From Macrostomum hystrix (lineage: Eukaryota; Animalia; Platyhelminthes): a DNA stretch of 64,000 nucleotides. Positions 36,225 to 47,934 of the stretch are shown here, one piece after another. A program made the position numbers and the translations under genes. Below the pieces are notes generated by a model that saw only the letters and a program-made list of their open reading frames with translations, did not search any database and was not told the origin of the DNA. The stretch is taken from NCBI GenBank assembly GCA_950097015.1, contig CATNEN010000039.1, positions 19,034,001-19,098,000 on the forward strand, given 5' to 3'. How positions within the stretch are numbered: position 1 is the stretch's first letter; every line of letters begins with the position of its first letter.

Positions 36225-36495
36225 GAATCCTATTATCTAACTTTAACCCTATTATCTACCGCTTATTATTTATTGTTATTCGTATTAATCAATCGTAAAT
36301 CTTATTATCAATCATTAATCATATCATCCGTCGTTAATCCTAATATCTTTAGCTAATCCTATTATCTATCGTTAATCCTATTATCTATCTTTAATCCAAT
36401 TATCTATCTTTAATCTTATTATCTATCATTAATCCTATTATCCATCGTTAATCCTATTATCTATCATTAAGCTTATTTTCTATCATTAATCCCAA
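36225..36495. repeat. Degenerate 19 bp minisatellite (TTAATCCTATTATCTATC[G/A/T])
   Basis: Clear copies at 36350-36490, decaying outward. Confidence 0.8.
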
Positions 36496-37421
36496 TACCA
36501 GCACACCGTCCTTAATCGTATAATCAATGATGATCCCAATCTTCGTAGTTATTTAATATCCATCCTTAATCCTTTTTCCATGTCTCCTTATCCTTAATAA
36601 ATTCTTCGTCTCATTTTGCATCCTAAAGTATATTATGTTAATTACCTTAATCCAATTATCATATCTTCAATCCTGTTTTTAATCCTACCTTAAATTATTA
36701 AGTTGTCCTTATGCAACTCGGATTCCGATAGACCAGATCAGATCAGACCAGAATATTCAGATGATTATCTACCGAAAGAGTCAACTAACACGCTACTGCA
36801 CCCTGAAATGAAATTTGGATTCATTCGGTCACTAATTTACGAGAATTAGGGGCTAATTACGCAAGGTGACAGGTGTGACTAAGTGTTCAGCCCCAAGTTA
36901 GCTTCGTGGAAAAGCCAGGTGTGGCTATAGTAATTTAACATGCGCAACTATCATTATGAAATTATTAATGTTATTATTAGAATTGTCAATAATCAATCCA
37001 TCATTATAGGCGTCAAAATATCGATAGATGATTGAGGAGACATACTCTGGGTCTGACTCCACCCACCTTGGAATACTGTTAGGGATCTGTTGGACCAAAT
37101 AAATGGTGTAAAACACCTGCCTATATATATATATATATATATAGCTGACCTTTTTGAACTAATATTAATCGTAGTAGCTATGCCATGACCAGGCGGTTGA
37201 GTACCTTACATATCTCGCAATTAGGCTACGGTTAGATGAAACTTTAGAGAGAACTCTGAGAGACTGGGTAGTTAGAGACAGACACACGGCGAGAATCATC
37301 AACTAGATGAAAGCGATAGAAATTTAGGGAGATTGATGATTACATCTTTCAGTGGGAATGTAAGAGGAGAGATAAGGAGAGGAGAGAAGTTAAGAGACGG
37401 CTAAGAGAACATTCAGATTAG

Positions 37422-38606
37422 TGGAGAGGGGAAGAGAAGAGAGGAGAGGAGAGGAGAGAAGAGGAGAGGAGAGGAGAGGATAAGAGTGGAGAGGAGAGGA
37501 GAGGAGAGGCGAGGAGAGGAGAGGAGAGAAGAGAAGAGTAGATGAGAGGAGAGGATAAGAGAGGAGAGGAGAGGAGTGGAGAGGAGAGGAGTGGAGAGGA
37601 GAGAAGAGGAGAGGAGAGGATAAGAGTGGAGAGGAGAGGAGGGGAGAGGAGAGAAGAGGAGAGGAGAGGAGAGGATAGGAGAGAAGAGGATAAGAGAGGA
37701 GAGGAGAGAAGAGGGGAGGAGAGGAGAGGAGAGGGGAGGAGAGGGGAGAAGAGAAGAGAAGAGGAGAGGAGAGGATAAGAGTGGAGAGGAGAGGAGAGGA
37801 GAGCAGAGGAGAGGAGAGGAGAGAAGAGAAGAGTAGATGAGAGGAGAGGATAAGAGAGGAGAGGAGAGGAGTGGAGAGCAGAGGAGTGGAGAGGAGAGAA
37901 GAGGAGAGGAGAGAAGAGGAGAGGAGAGGAGAGGAGAGAAGAGTAGATGAGAGGAGAGGATAAAAGAGGAGAGGAGAGGAGTGGAGAGGTGAGGAGTGGA
38001 GAGGAGAGAAGAGGAGAGGAGAGGATAAGAGTGGAGAGGAGAGGAGGGGAGAGGAGAGAAGAGGAGAGGAGAGGAGAGGATAGGAGAGAAGAGGATAAGA
38101 GAGGAGAGGAGAGAAGAGGGGAGGAGAGGAGAGGAGAGGGGAGGAGAGGGGAGAAGAGAAGAGAAGAGGAGAGGAGAGGATAAGAGTGGAGAGGAGAGGA
38201 GAGGAGAGCAGAGGAGAGGAGAGGAGAGGAGAGAAGAGAAGAGTAGATGAGAGGAGAGGATAAGAGAGGAGAGGAGAGGAGTGGAGAGCAGAGGAGTGGA
38301 GAGGAGAGAAGAGGAGAGGAGAGAAGAGGAGAGGAGAGGAGAGGAGAGAAGAGTAGATGAGAGGAGAGAATAAAAGAGGAGAGGAGAGGAGTGGAGAGGT
38401 GAGGAGTGGAGAGGAGAGAAGAGGAGAGGAGAGGAGAGGATAAGAGTGGAGAGGAGAGGAGGGGAGAGGAGAGAAGAGGAGAGGAGAGGAGAGGATAGGA
38501 GAGAAGAGGATAAGAGAGGAGAGGAGAGAAGAGGGGAGGAGAGGAGAGGAGAGGGGAGGAGAGGGGAGGAGAGGAGAGGAGAGGACAGAAGAGGAGAAGA
38601 GAGAAG
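37422..38606. repeat. (GAGAG)n polypurine tract with a 405 bp higher-order duplication
   Basis: Identical variant pattern at 37542 and 37947. Confidence 0.95.
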
Positions 38607-39324
38607 TAGTAATTGTAATAAATTATCTGAGAAAATTTCTCTTATAAAATAAGAGAAAGCAGAAGACAGTATTAAAAAGCAAGAGAAACTTATAAAATAA
38701 AAGTTATTATGCCTCAGCAGTTTCTTTGAAATTAAGAAAAAAGCTTACAGAATCTTCCACATTCCGCCCTACAGAACGCATAGGAAAAGTCAAGTTAGGC
38801 CAGGAAAGTATATTATTTAAATATCAGCAGGGATGCATAGAAAACTCCAATCGGACTCACGCGGTGCTCACGCGATGTTACGAGACTCAGCCGCACGCAC
38901 GCATTTGCGTGACAGCTGACAACTGACCTGCCTATCAAATTCTTCCCTATTTTTCAACTTGTGGCAAACTAATTACAGTTCTAACTCTAGGCGGAGTGAT
39001 TTCGGCCGGACAAGCCAAGACTTTGCATAACTTGGCGTCACGGAAGGCGGGTCAGTCAGTGCGAAACAGGAGACTTTCTTTCGACAAAGAAAAAAATGTC
39101 TGAACTGACCGATAGCCAAATGCTAGTCTCAAACACAAAGCGAGATTTGGTTCGATTAGCAATCTAGCCTTGACAAGAATCGTCACCAAAATGTGAAACG
39201 CATTAAAACAAGAAACATAGTTTTGAGTTCTTTAGGAGCGAAAATTTGAGTCTGCTGTGTGAAAATCGGGTCAGACCAGGATAAACTAATCTTATAGTTT
39301 AGGGTCCGCTTAGGTAGAAATGTG

Positions 39325-39600
39325 GTTTAATTGTCTTGGGATTTTGTTCCAGTGCAGTCGGGAATCGAACCCCCGACCTACGAGTTGAGTCCGGTGCTCT
39401 AACCACTAGACTACAATCCCCGGCTACTGCAATGTACTTACTTCATCTAGCAGTTTGGACTTCTGATCGAGTAGCTGAGAGACTCCCAGCACACTACAAT
39501 TGCAGTTGGTGTTCCTAAGTAAGACACACTTAGTTCCCAAGTGTATCAATTAACACCTAGAAAAAACTAGATTTAATTTTCAAGTTGACCCAGTGCTTGC
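39325..39600. mobile_element. Two degenerate family A SINE heads in opposite orientation
   Basis: GTCGGGAATCGAACCC..GCTCTAACCACTAGACTACA (minus-strand head) followed by GTGTTCCTAAGTAAGACACACTT..GTTGACCCAG on +. Confidence 0.6.
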
Positions 39601-40029
39601 TTGCAATTGTGGCAGATTTGCATGAAAGGCTATACCTGGCTCGGAACTAGTCAAGAATTAGAGATGAGTTTAGCCAGGACTGCTGAAGATCAAATTACAC
39701 AGCATATAAGAATATGCACAGACTAGTTCAATTGGCTGGCAATTCGATATTTGAAAATTCCCAGAGACTAACGTCATGACAGTCCCATATCAGGTCCGCA
39801 CTCGTTCAATATGCAATATTTGGGTAATAAAAGTTACTTTTGCATTTGAAAATGACCAGACTTCAATATGCGAGAATATAAAGCAGAGGCATGAAACTAG
39901 ATCTACCGGAAGGGTCACGAAGGAAATGGGAATGACACACAAACACCACACACACACACAAGTATTGATGGATCGGTTTAAAGGCATTTTTGTTTCATAA
40001 TTTAATTCCTCATCAATCTGTAGTGTGAT

Positions 40030-40171
40030 GGGGAGCGTTTCATAAACCCGAAATTTCATAAAGTCAAATTACGCTACAAAGACAGCAGACTTCTCAAACC
40101 GGGAATGCACTTCGTAATTCGACTATATGAAATTTCGGTTTTATGAAATTTCGGGTTTATGAAGGCGCCCC
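40030..40171. mobile_element. ~140 bp MITE-like foldback element
   Basis: TTCATAAACCCGAAATTTCATAA on the left and its exact reverse complement at 40141-40163; G-rich and C-rich termini. Confidence 0.65.
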
Positions 40172-40997
40172 ACATGAGTTGGAGTGGACTATATTTATCA
40201 TGCACATATAAAGCATTGCACAATCGGTCACAGAGTCACACACCTGTCCATCTTATACTGTGTGATTTCATTTACTAGGTTAGACTCACTAATTAACATT
40301 TCCTCCCCGCAGCTATAGAGTTTGAGTGCTAACAACTTGTGCGTTGCGTGCATGTGCAATCATTTTCTTAACGAGACTTGACACAATTTATAGAATTCTT
40401 TGATTTTCTTTGAAACTATACTTCTCGTTTTAGCCAATTTCGAGTGGAACTCAGAAATAACAGAGGGACAAGCGAGACAAGTGTAACAACAACAAAGACT
40501 GTAGATAGGCTAAATTTTCTTACATCAATAAGTGGAGATCGCTAACCTACTGCGGTCTCCAGCCCCGGGGCGGTATACCTCAGTAAAGGTTACTGAAAAG
40601 CAATAGCTTTTATTTTTCATCGCCTCAGGGACTCAGGAAGAAACCGCTATTGAAAAAATTTTTCTTTTGCTTTCAAGACTTTGAACTTACAAGTGGTTAC
40701 TTCAAGAATCCCAAATATAAAAAACTATGAGATTTAGCGAGACAGAAACAATGCTTAACAAAACTCTGCGTGTTTTGTTTTTCAGTTTCTTAAAAACTAG
40801 AGATCGAAAAGCATGCCCGGAGAAATCGTTTGGTTAGCAACCATTTTCTCGGCAGGAGACGCCTCAAACGAAGATAAACTTAGTCTATGGAGTCTTTCGA
40901 TACACTGTGATCTCAACTGAAATCGCTCACTAGCAACACAAGAACTGCTAGACTATACTATTACTACTAGTGATTATTAAAGCAACATAGACATAAT

Positions 40998-41998
40998 TAG
41001 GATGCAGGAATAGGGGATGAAGGGACCTGATGCAGGTACAGGGGATGAAGGGACCTGATGCAGGTATAGGGGATGAAGGGACCTGATGCAGGTACAGGGG
41101 ATGAAGGGACCTGATGCAGGTATAGGGGATGAAGGGACCTGATGCAGGTACAGGGGATGAAGGGACCTGATGCAGGTATAGGGGATGAAGGGACCTGATG
41201 CAGGTACAGGGGATGAAGGGATCTGATGCAGGTATAGGGGATGAAGGGACCTGATGCAGGTACAGGGGATGAAGGGACCTGATGCAGGTATAGGGGATGA
41301 AGGGACCTGATGCAGGTACAGGGGATGAAGGGACCTGATGCAGGTATAGGGGATGAAGGGACCTGATGCAGGTACAGGGGATGAAGGGATCTGATGCAGG
41401 TATAGGGGATGAAGGGACCTGATGCAGGTACAGGGGATGAAGGGACCTGATGCAGGTATAGGGGATGAAGGGACCTGATGCAGGTACAGGGGATGAAGGG
41501 ACCTGATGCAGGTATAGGGGATGAAGGGACCTGATGCAGGTACAGGGGATGAAGGGACCTGATGCAGGTATAGGGGATGAAGGGACCTGATGCAGGTATA
41601 GGGGATGAAGGGATTTGATGCAGGGATAGGGGATGAAGGGATTTGATGCAGGGATAGGGGATGAAGGGGACTGATGCAGGTACAGGGGATGAAGGGACCT
41701 GATGCAGGAATAGTGGATGAAGGGACCTGATGCAGGGATAGTGGATGAAGGGACCTGATGCAGGTACAGGGGATGAAGGGACCTGATGCAGGAATAGGGG
41801 ATGAAGGGACCTGATGCAGGGATAGGGGATGAAGGGATCTGATGCAGGAATAGGGGATGAAGGGACCTGATGCAGGGATAGGGGATGAAGGGATCTGATG
41901 TAGGGATAGGGGATGAAGGGACCTGATGCAGTGATAGGGAATGAAGGGACCTGATGCAGGTATTGGGGGATGAAGGGATTGGGATGAAGGGATCAGGT
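40998..41998. repeat. 28 bp minisatellite (GGGGATGAAGGGACCTGATGCAGGTA[C/T]A)
   Basis: ~35 copies. Confidence 0.97.
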
Positions 41999-42732
41999 GC
42001 ATTTATAGCATAGCCGACTGAGCATAGATGCTAGATGCTAGCATCCCCATCCGACTGTTCAGCCTTGTGTGTGTACCCATACTTCACAACAAATTCAATA
42101 GAGTTAAATTTAAAATAGGACATTAAAAATTCACTCCTATTCGGAAAGCGAAACAATGGCTTAACACGTGTGTAACCATACGACCCGCGCCATAGCAACA
42201 AACCATATATAAATATTTAAGTCAAACAATGCTAAATTGGTTTGACATTTAGTCTAACATCAAACCAGATGTTTATCCAGCGACTAAACAATGATCCTCA
42301 CAATTTTAGGAATTTGAGAACAATTGCTGCGGGAGTGTTGACATTTAGCATGTTAATTTATTTCCTATAGCTAGGTATCCCACCAAGATACTAAAGTATC
42401 GATGCATTTAGTCTAGCCTATCATAGTACTAAAGTGAAAAATAAGGAGATAAAACTAAATTAATATATATTTTTTCGTACATAATTGTTCTATCAACAAA
42501 CTAGTAAGCTACTAAGAGTAGATAGGCAGTTTTTTAATTTATTTTAAAAACATACAAAGACATGCATTTTTAGACAAAAGCTACGTCACAACGAAATAGG
42601 AAGAAAAAAATTATTTACACGCAAGCCATGCAGGAGAAGCAGACAGAGAAAAAGCAATAGACAGAAATTAAAAGAATCTGGCTAATCTAGAGCTAACAGA
42701 GCAGTGATAAACAGTGGCGCCTGGCTGCACTT

Positions 42733-44340
42733 TTAGGCCGGCCTGAGGCCCTCAGCACGCAGCAGGCACAGCCGGGCATTCTGCGACAGACGCAACGGCG
42801 AGGACCAGAGACGGCGGACGCCGCGCAGGCGATCCGGACGGCGAGGCGAGGCCGCGCCGCCGATGCGACGAGCTTGGCGAAGGACGTGCAAACTGTCCCG
42901 TGGCGAGCGCTGAAGGCGTCGAAGCGGAGTTCGTGTCGGTTGAGAAGAGGTGGGAAGCGTTGTCAACGACGGCGGCTGCAACGGCTGCTGCTTCTGCTGC
43001 TGCTGGGGCGTTTCTACCTGAGTTGACGGCGGCAGTGGCTGCGGCGGCGGTGAGGTCAGTCGGCAGAGATCAACGGAGGCCTTCCTGCCGGCGCTGATGC
43101 GCTCAATGAGCAGGCGGCGTCGCCTACGAACGCAGCCGAATCCACCATCGACAACATCGCCGGTGTCTTTGCCGTTGTTGTTGCTGCCGACTAGGATGAC
43201 GCCGGGGCCAGCGCGCTTCAACGAGGCGTCGCTGTTCTGCCGACGGTGGCAGCGAACAATTATCGGCGTGTGGCAGGCCGAAGGGTCGAAGCGAAAGCCG
43301 GCCAACTGCTTCTCCGTTGTCGCCGTTGTTGTCGTCGAAGTCGATGATGCCGACGTAGACGCCGAGGTTGAAGATGTGGAAACAAGCGAGACTGGACTGC
43401 CGGAACAGCCGGCGACTGTGGCGCCTGCGGCCGCGGCAGCTCGGCGAGGACTTCGCGAGCGAGACCGGCTGGCCAGACGGCCGACAGCGCGACCGACGGC
43501 GCGAAGAGCGCTGCTAAGCGAGCTGCTGCCACTGCTGCGACGTCGCAGCAGCTTCTGAAGCGGCTGCTGCTGCTGCTTCTCCTGATGTTGCGGAGTGGTC
43601 GGCGGTGTCTGCAGCGCGGCGGCGACCGCATTGACAGCTTCGTCATCGGCGTCGCCGCCACAGCCGCCGCCAATCTCTGGCGCGAATTCAATTAGTAAAG
43701 CGACGGCTGCGTTGAGTCTTGCGACGTCTGGTCCGCCGCTGTCGCCGCCGCCGTGCAGGCTGGGACCCAGGCAGGTGGCCAGGTTGGCGGCTGTCATCCG
43801 GTTGGAGCCGGCGGCTGCAGCCACTGACCGGAGCAGCTGGCAGAGGTAGCGCAACGCCGCCAGTTGACGCGCCGGCATCAGCTGGTTGAGCAGCCGAAGT
43901 AGACGAACCCGACGCTCCAACGGAGAAGCCTCAGCCAGAGCTGCGGCTAGGCGCGGCGGCAGTAGGGGCTCTGGCAGCTCTCGTAGCCAGGCTTTGAGCA
44001 GCGAGCTGACGTCCTGGACTGGCGTTCCCTCCCTGATTGGCAGGCCGCGTTCTAGCCGAGCCCGGAGGTCGCGCTGACGCACCTTGGAGCCTTCGATGCG
44101 GAACAGGCCCTCGGAGCTGAGGTGGCAGCGGAGGTAATCGCAGCAGACGCTGAGTACAACTGGCAGGGGTTGGACAGCAGATTCCATCGCCGACTGCGCC
44201 ATAGTTGGCTGATCTTCTAGTCGTCGACCAAAAGACCGGCCGATGCAGCCGCCGCCGCCCACATTGCCGATGATGCTAAGAAGCGGCGGTGATTTCAACT
44301 TGAGCTTCGCCGCCGAGGAAGACAGCTTGCAATGATGCAT
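42733..44340 (-). CDS. RhoGAP domain protein (ARHGAP11-like), single-exon ORF, start codon uncertain
   Basis: LPVVLSVCCDYL..EGLFRIEGS (arginine finger), DVSSLLKAWLRELPEPLLP, LRYL..LL..VA...NRMTAANLATCLGPSL; long basic, low-complexity tail. Confidence 0.88.
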   Translation of the reverse strand: MHHCKLSSSAAKLKLKSPPLLSIIGNVGGGGCIGRSFGRRLEDQPTMAQSAMESAVQPLPVVLSVCCDYLRCHLSSEGLFRIEGSKVRQRDLRARLERGLPIREGTPVQDVSSLLKAWLRELPEPLLPPRLAAALAEASPLERRVRLLRLLNQLMPARQLAALRYLCQLLRSVAAAAGSNRMTAANLATCLGPSLHGGGDSGGPDVARLNAAVALLIEFAPEIGGGCGGDADDEAVNAVAAALQTPPTTPQHQEKQQQQPLQKLLRRRSSGSSSLSSALRAVGRAVGRLASRSRSRSPRRAAAAAGATVAGCSGSPVSLVSTSSTSASTSASSTSTTTTATTEKQLAGFRFDPSACHTPIIVRCHRRQNSDASLKRAGPGVILVGSNNNGKDTGDVVDGGFGCVRRRRRLLIERISAGRKASVDLCRLTSPPPQPLPPSTQVETPQQQQKQQPLQPPSLTTLPTSSQPTRTPLRRLQRSPRDSLHVLRQARRIGGAASPRRPDRLRGVRRLWSSPLRLSQNARLCLLRAEGLRPA

Positions 44341-45014
44341 GGCAGTTGTTTACTAGCTCAATAACAGACTGTGATTCCAGGAAAGCGCGCACTTTTATTT
44401 CTTCGATTCTTTGTCTCGTCTGTTTTCTGGGTCTTATCTAAAGTTGGGGAGCTGCTTCCCCTATTTATCTTATCTATCACACACGCAGACTGGAATGAGT
44501 AACGTGGGCTGTTTGCCTGCGTGAGCGTGTAAACAACTTGGTCTGCTTCTTTGCGACTGAGTCGATGCGTTGGAATTCTGAATTTTAAGTAGGAGGCCCC
44601 TGCTCCTCTCCCATATATATGAAGGGTCGTATTCGAACCGAACCACCCACCCCAGGCCGAACCAACCCCATTGTGTGAGGCCCACACAGGCCTAGTCCAC
44701 CCACGTGTCTCCATGATTGAGTTGAACGCAGCCAATAGCGTGCGAGACAGCTTCTTGTAGGGAGGAGGGGAGAAGGGGACGCTTCTCAACTGGGAATTGA
44801 GAAACGCTGACAGAGGGGATCCAGATTTTAAGAATCTAGCTAGGGCAAGTTGAATTCTTCTGGACTCTGTAACAATTCGTTTTTCACGAGAAAAGAGGCA
44901 CTTATCTTAGTCGATTCTAAGAAACCAGAATCCCAGAATTGTGAAGTAAACAGAAAGTCTAAAACTAAAATTCAAATCCCAAAAAACTCGAATAGATCGG
45001 AAAAAATAAAAAAA

Positions 45015-45460
45015 TAAAATCCCAGAAATCTTAAAATCCCTGCCAATTTAAAATCCCACAAACTAGAAATACCAAAAACTAGAAATCCCATAAACTGAAA
45101 ATCTCATAAACCAGAAATCCCATAAACTAGAAATCCCAAAAACTAGAAATCCCATAAACTGGAAATCTCATAAACTACAAATCCCATAATCTGGAACTCC
45201 CAGAAACATGAAATCCCAAGCTGGAAATCTCATAAGCTGGAAATACCATAAACCAGAAATCCCATAAACTAGAAATCCCATAAACTAGAAATCCCATAAA
45301 CTAGAAATCCCATTAACTAGAAATCCCATAAACTAGAAATCCCATAAGCTGGAACTTGATATCTCACAAACAAGAAATCCCAAAAACATTAAATCTAACA
45401 AACTAGAAATCCCAGACTTACAATCCCCGGAAATGGAAATCCTAACGTCCCCAAATCCCA
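45015..45460. repeat. 16 bp degenerate minisatellite (AAACTAGAAATCCCAT)
   Basis: ~25 diverged copies. Confidence 0.85.
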
Positions 45461-45884
45461 AAAATGTCACTTTAGGGCCAAGGCGAAGCAAAATGAATTC
45501 TAAAAAGAACTATATGGAACATGCACACGGAAGACCTAAATGTTATCAGCTGTTTAATCCCTACAATTATTTAGATCAGATAAACTAAAGCAAGAATTTC
45601 TAATAGCACGCGGTGACCATTTTCTAAATTCAACAGAGCTAAAAAACTGATTAAAATCTATCAAATATAATTAAAGAAATAATGAAAACGAACTATAGGT
45701 TGAGAGAAGCACAGGTGTCGTGTTGATAATTATTCTGAATTCCACGCGGCAAAGCGCATAGGCAGGGGGTCGCTAGGATAATTTTCTGGCTGAATATGAA
45801 GATAATTGAATGTGCTAACAATGATGACGAGAATGGGATGCTGAATAATGTAATAGCGCTGCAGATGCTGACACAATGTTGTGT

Positions 45885-46920
45885 TCGGATTTTAGATTTT
45901 CGGGATTGTAGATTTTTAGGATTGTAGATTTTCGGGATTGTAGATTTTTAGGATTGTAGATTTTTAGGATTGTAGATTTTTAGGATTGTAGATTTTCGGG
46001 ATTGTAGATTTTCGGGATTGTAGATTTTTAGGATTGTAGATTTTTGGGATTGTTGTTTTCTAGGATTGTAGATTTTCGGGATTGTAGATTTTTAGGATTG
46101 TAGATTTTCGGGATTGTAGATTTTTAGGATTGTAGATTTTTAGGATTGTAGATTTTCGGGATTGTAGATTTTCGGGATTGTAGATTTTTAGGATTGTAGA
46201 TTTTCGGGATTGTAGATTTTCGGGATTGTAGATTTTTAGGATTGTAGATTTTCGGGATTGTAGATTTTTAGGATTGTAGATTTTTAGGATTGTAGATTTT
46301 TAGGATTGTAGATTTTCGGGATTGTAGATTTTCGGGATTGTAGATTTTTAGGATTGTAGATTTTTGGGATTGTTGTTTTCTAGGATTGTAGATTTTCGGG
46401 ATTGTAGATTTTTAGGATTGTAGATTTTCGGGATTGTAGATTTTTAGGATTGTAGATTTTTAGGATTGTAGATTTTCGGGATTGTAGATTTTCGGGATTG
46501 TAGATTTTTAGGATTGTAGATTTTCGGGATTGTAGATTTTCGGGATTGTAGATTTTTAGGATTGTAGATTTTCGGGATTGTAGATTTTCGGGATTGTTGA
46601 TTTTTAGGATTGTAGAAGATTTTCGGGATTGTAGATTTTTAGGATTGTAGATTTTCGGGATTGTAGATTTTTAGGATTGTAGATTTTTAGGATTGTAGAT
46701 TTTCGGGATTGTAGATTTTCGGGATTGTAGATTTTTAGGATTGTAGATTTTCGGGATTGTAGATTTTCGGGATTGTAGATTTTTAGGATTGTAGATTTTC
46801 GGGATTGTAGATTTTCGGGATTGTTGATTTTTAGGATTGTAGATTTTCGGGATTTTAGATTTTCGGGATTGTAGATTTTCGGGATTGTAGATTTTTAGGA
46901 TTGTAGATTTTCGTGATTTT
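45885..46920. repeat. 16 bp minisatellite (GATTGTAGATTTT[CG/TA]G)
   Basis: ~64 copies; the rare variant TGTTGTTTTC recurs at a 320 bp offset. Confidence 0.97.
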
Positions 46921-47934
46921 TATGTCTGGTATTTGCTGATTCTCAATAGCATACATTTTAGTGATTTCTCTTAACTTAGAATATTGTGTTCAGATAGCAA
47001 AGTTATTGTGCGCGATGTTGCAGTATTTCGCATGTTCAGTGATTTCGCAGACCTAAAAAAAGATGTCGAATATATCCTAATGGAGCTTTGAATATAAATG
47101 GATTTGCAAAAAAAATTCATGAAATGTCACGTTTAGGGTGACGTTTTTTTCTTAATTAACATCCGAGACAAAGAATACAAGAATACTAACAAAAGCGAAC
47201 AAAGACAGACAGTAAAAGCGGAAAATCGTACTCCTAACACGCGAACTCAATACTCAATAATCCCAAACAGCGGTTCCCAGTTGGGGGTTCTGATCCCCTA
47301 AAACGTGACCCCCTCTCGTGCGGGCATGTCGCAGAATGTGCAAATACATAACAATGAGCTAATAACTAGTCACAAATTTGAGCACATGCCTATTTCGCGC
47401 CATAACAAAGGTGAGTACGGTCTCAAGTCGCATTGTCCCATTGTTCTTTTTTTTGCTTTTCGAAGACTTCAGAAAAAATCCCAAGACGCCTAAGGGGCTT
47501 AGCAGGCCGCAGCCAATAATCGTGTTAAAAAATTCGGGGAAAAGGGAAAAATGTGAAAATCACTGTGCTAATCCTTCATGTTGTTTTATTAACAAAAAAT
47601 AGCTGCTCATTGCATGTTCCAATTACCATTGTTATAAAATAGTTTCTCATCATTGTGGGCATACAGAATGTACACAGGTTTTATACAACGGCTTACTCGA
47701 GTGAGATTTGAAAATATTGAAGATTAAAACTGGATTACGTATTTGAAATGCATAGTTTCTATGCGAATTTTTTGTGTGAAAATTAGATTCAGTGAACAAA
47801 AATACCTTAAACACGATCTGCTGTTGATTATTTAACACCCTTAAGACTTTTCTACATTAGGATAGGTTACAGTCGAAAACTTATCCTAGAATTCGCAGAG
47901 TTCTGAGTACCCAGAAATGTTTTTCTATTCCTGA

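Noticed and set aside
39355-39415. tRNA genes at B-box sites (2.25k, 33.37k, 35.65k, 39.36k, 50.95k)
   Set aside because: No complete cloverleaf, and most continue into shared SINE body sequence
44358-44789. 143 aa ORF immediately upstream of the RhoGAP
   Set aside because: Non-ATG start and no recognisable motif; probably UTR or promoter sequence
44797-47295. hAT-like terminal words TTGAGAAACGCTG (44.8k) and CAGCGGTTCCCAG (47.27k)
   Set aside because: They face outward from each other, and no matching partner end or 8 bp TSD was found
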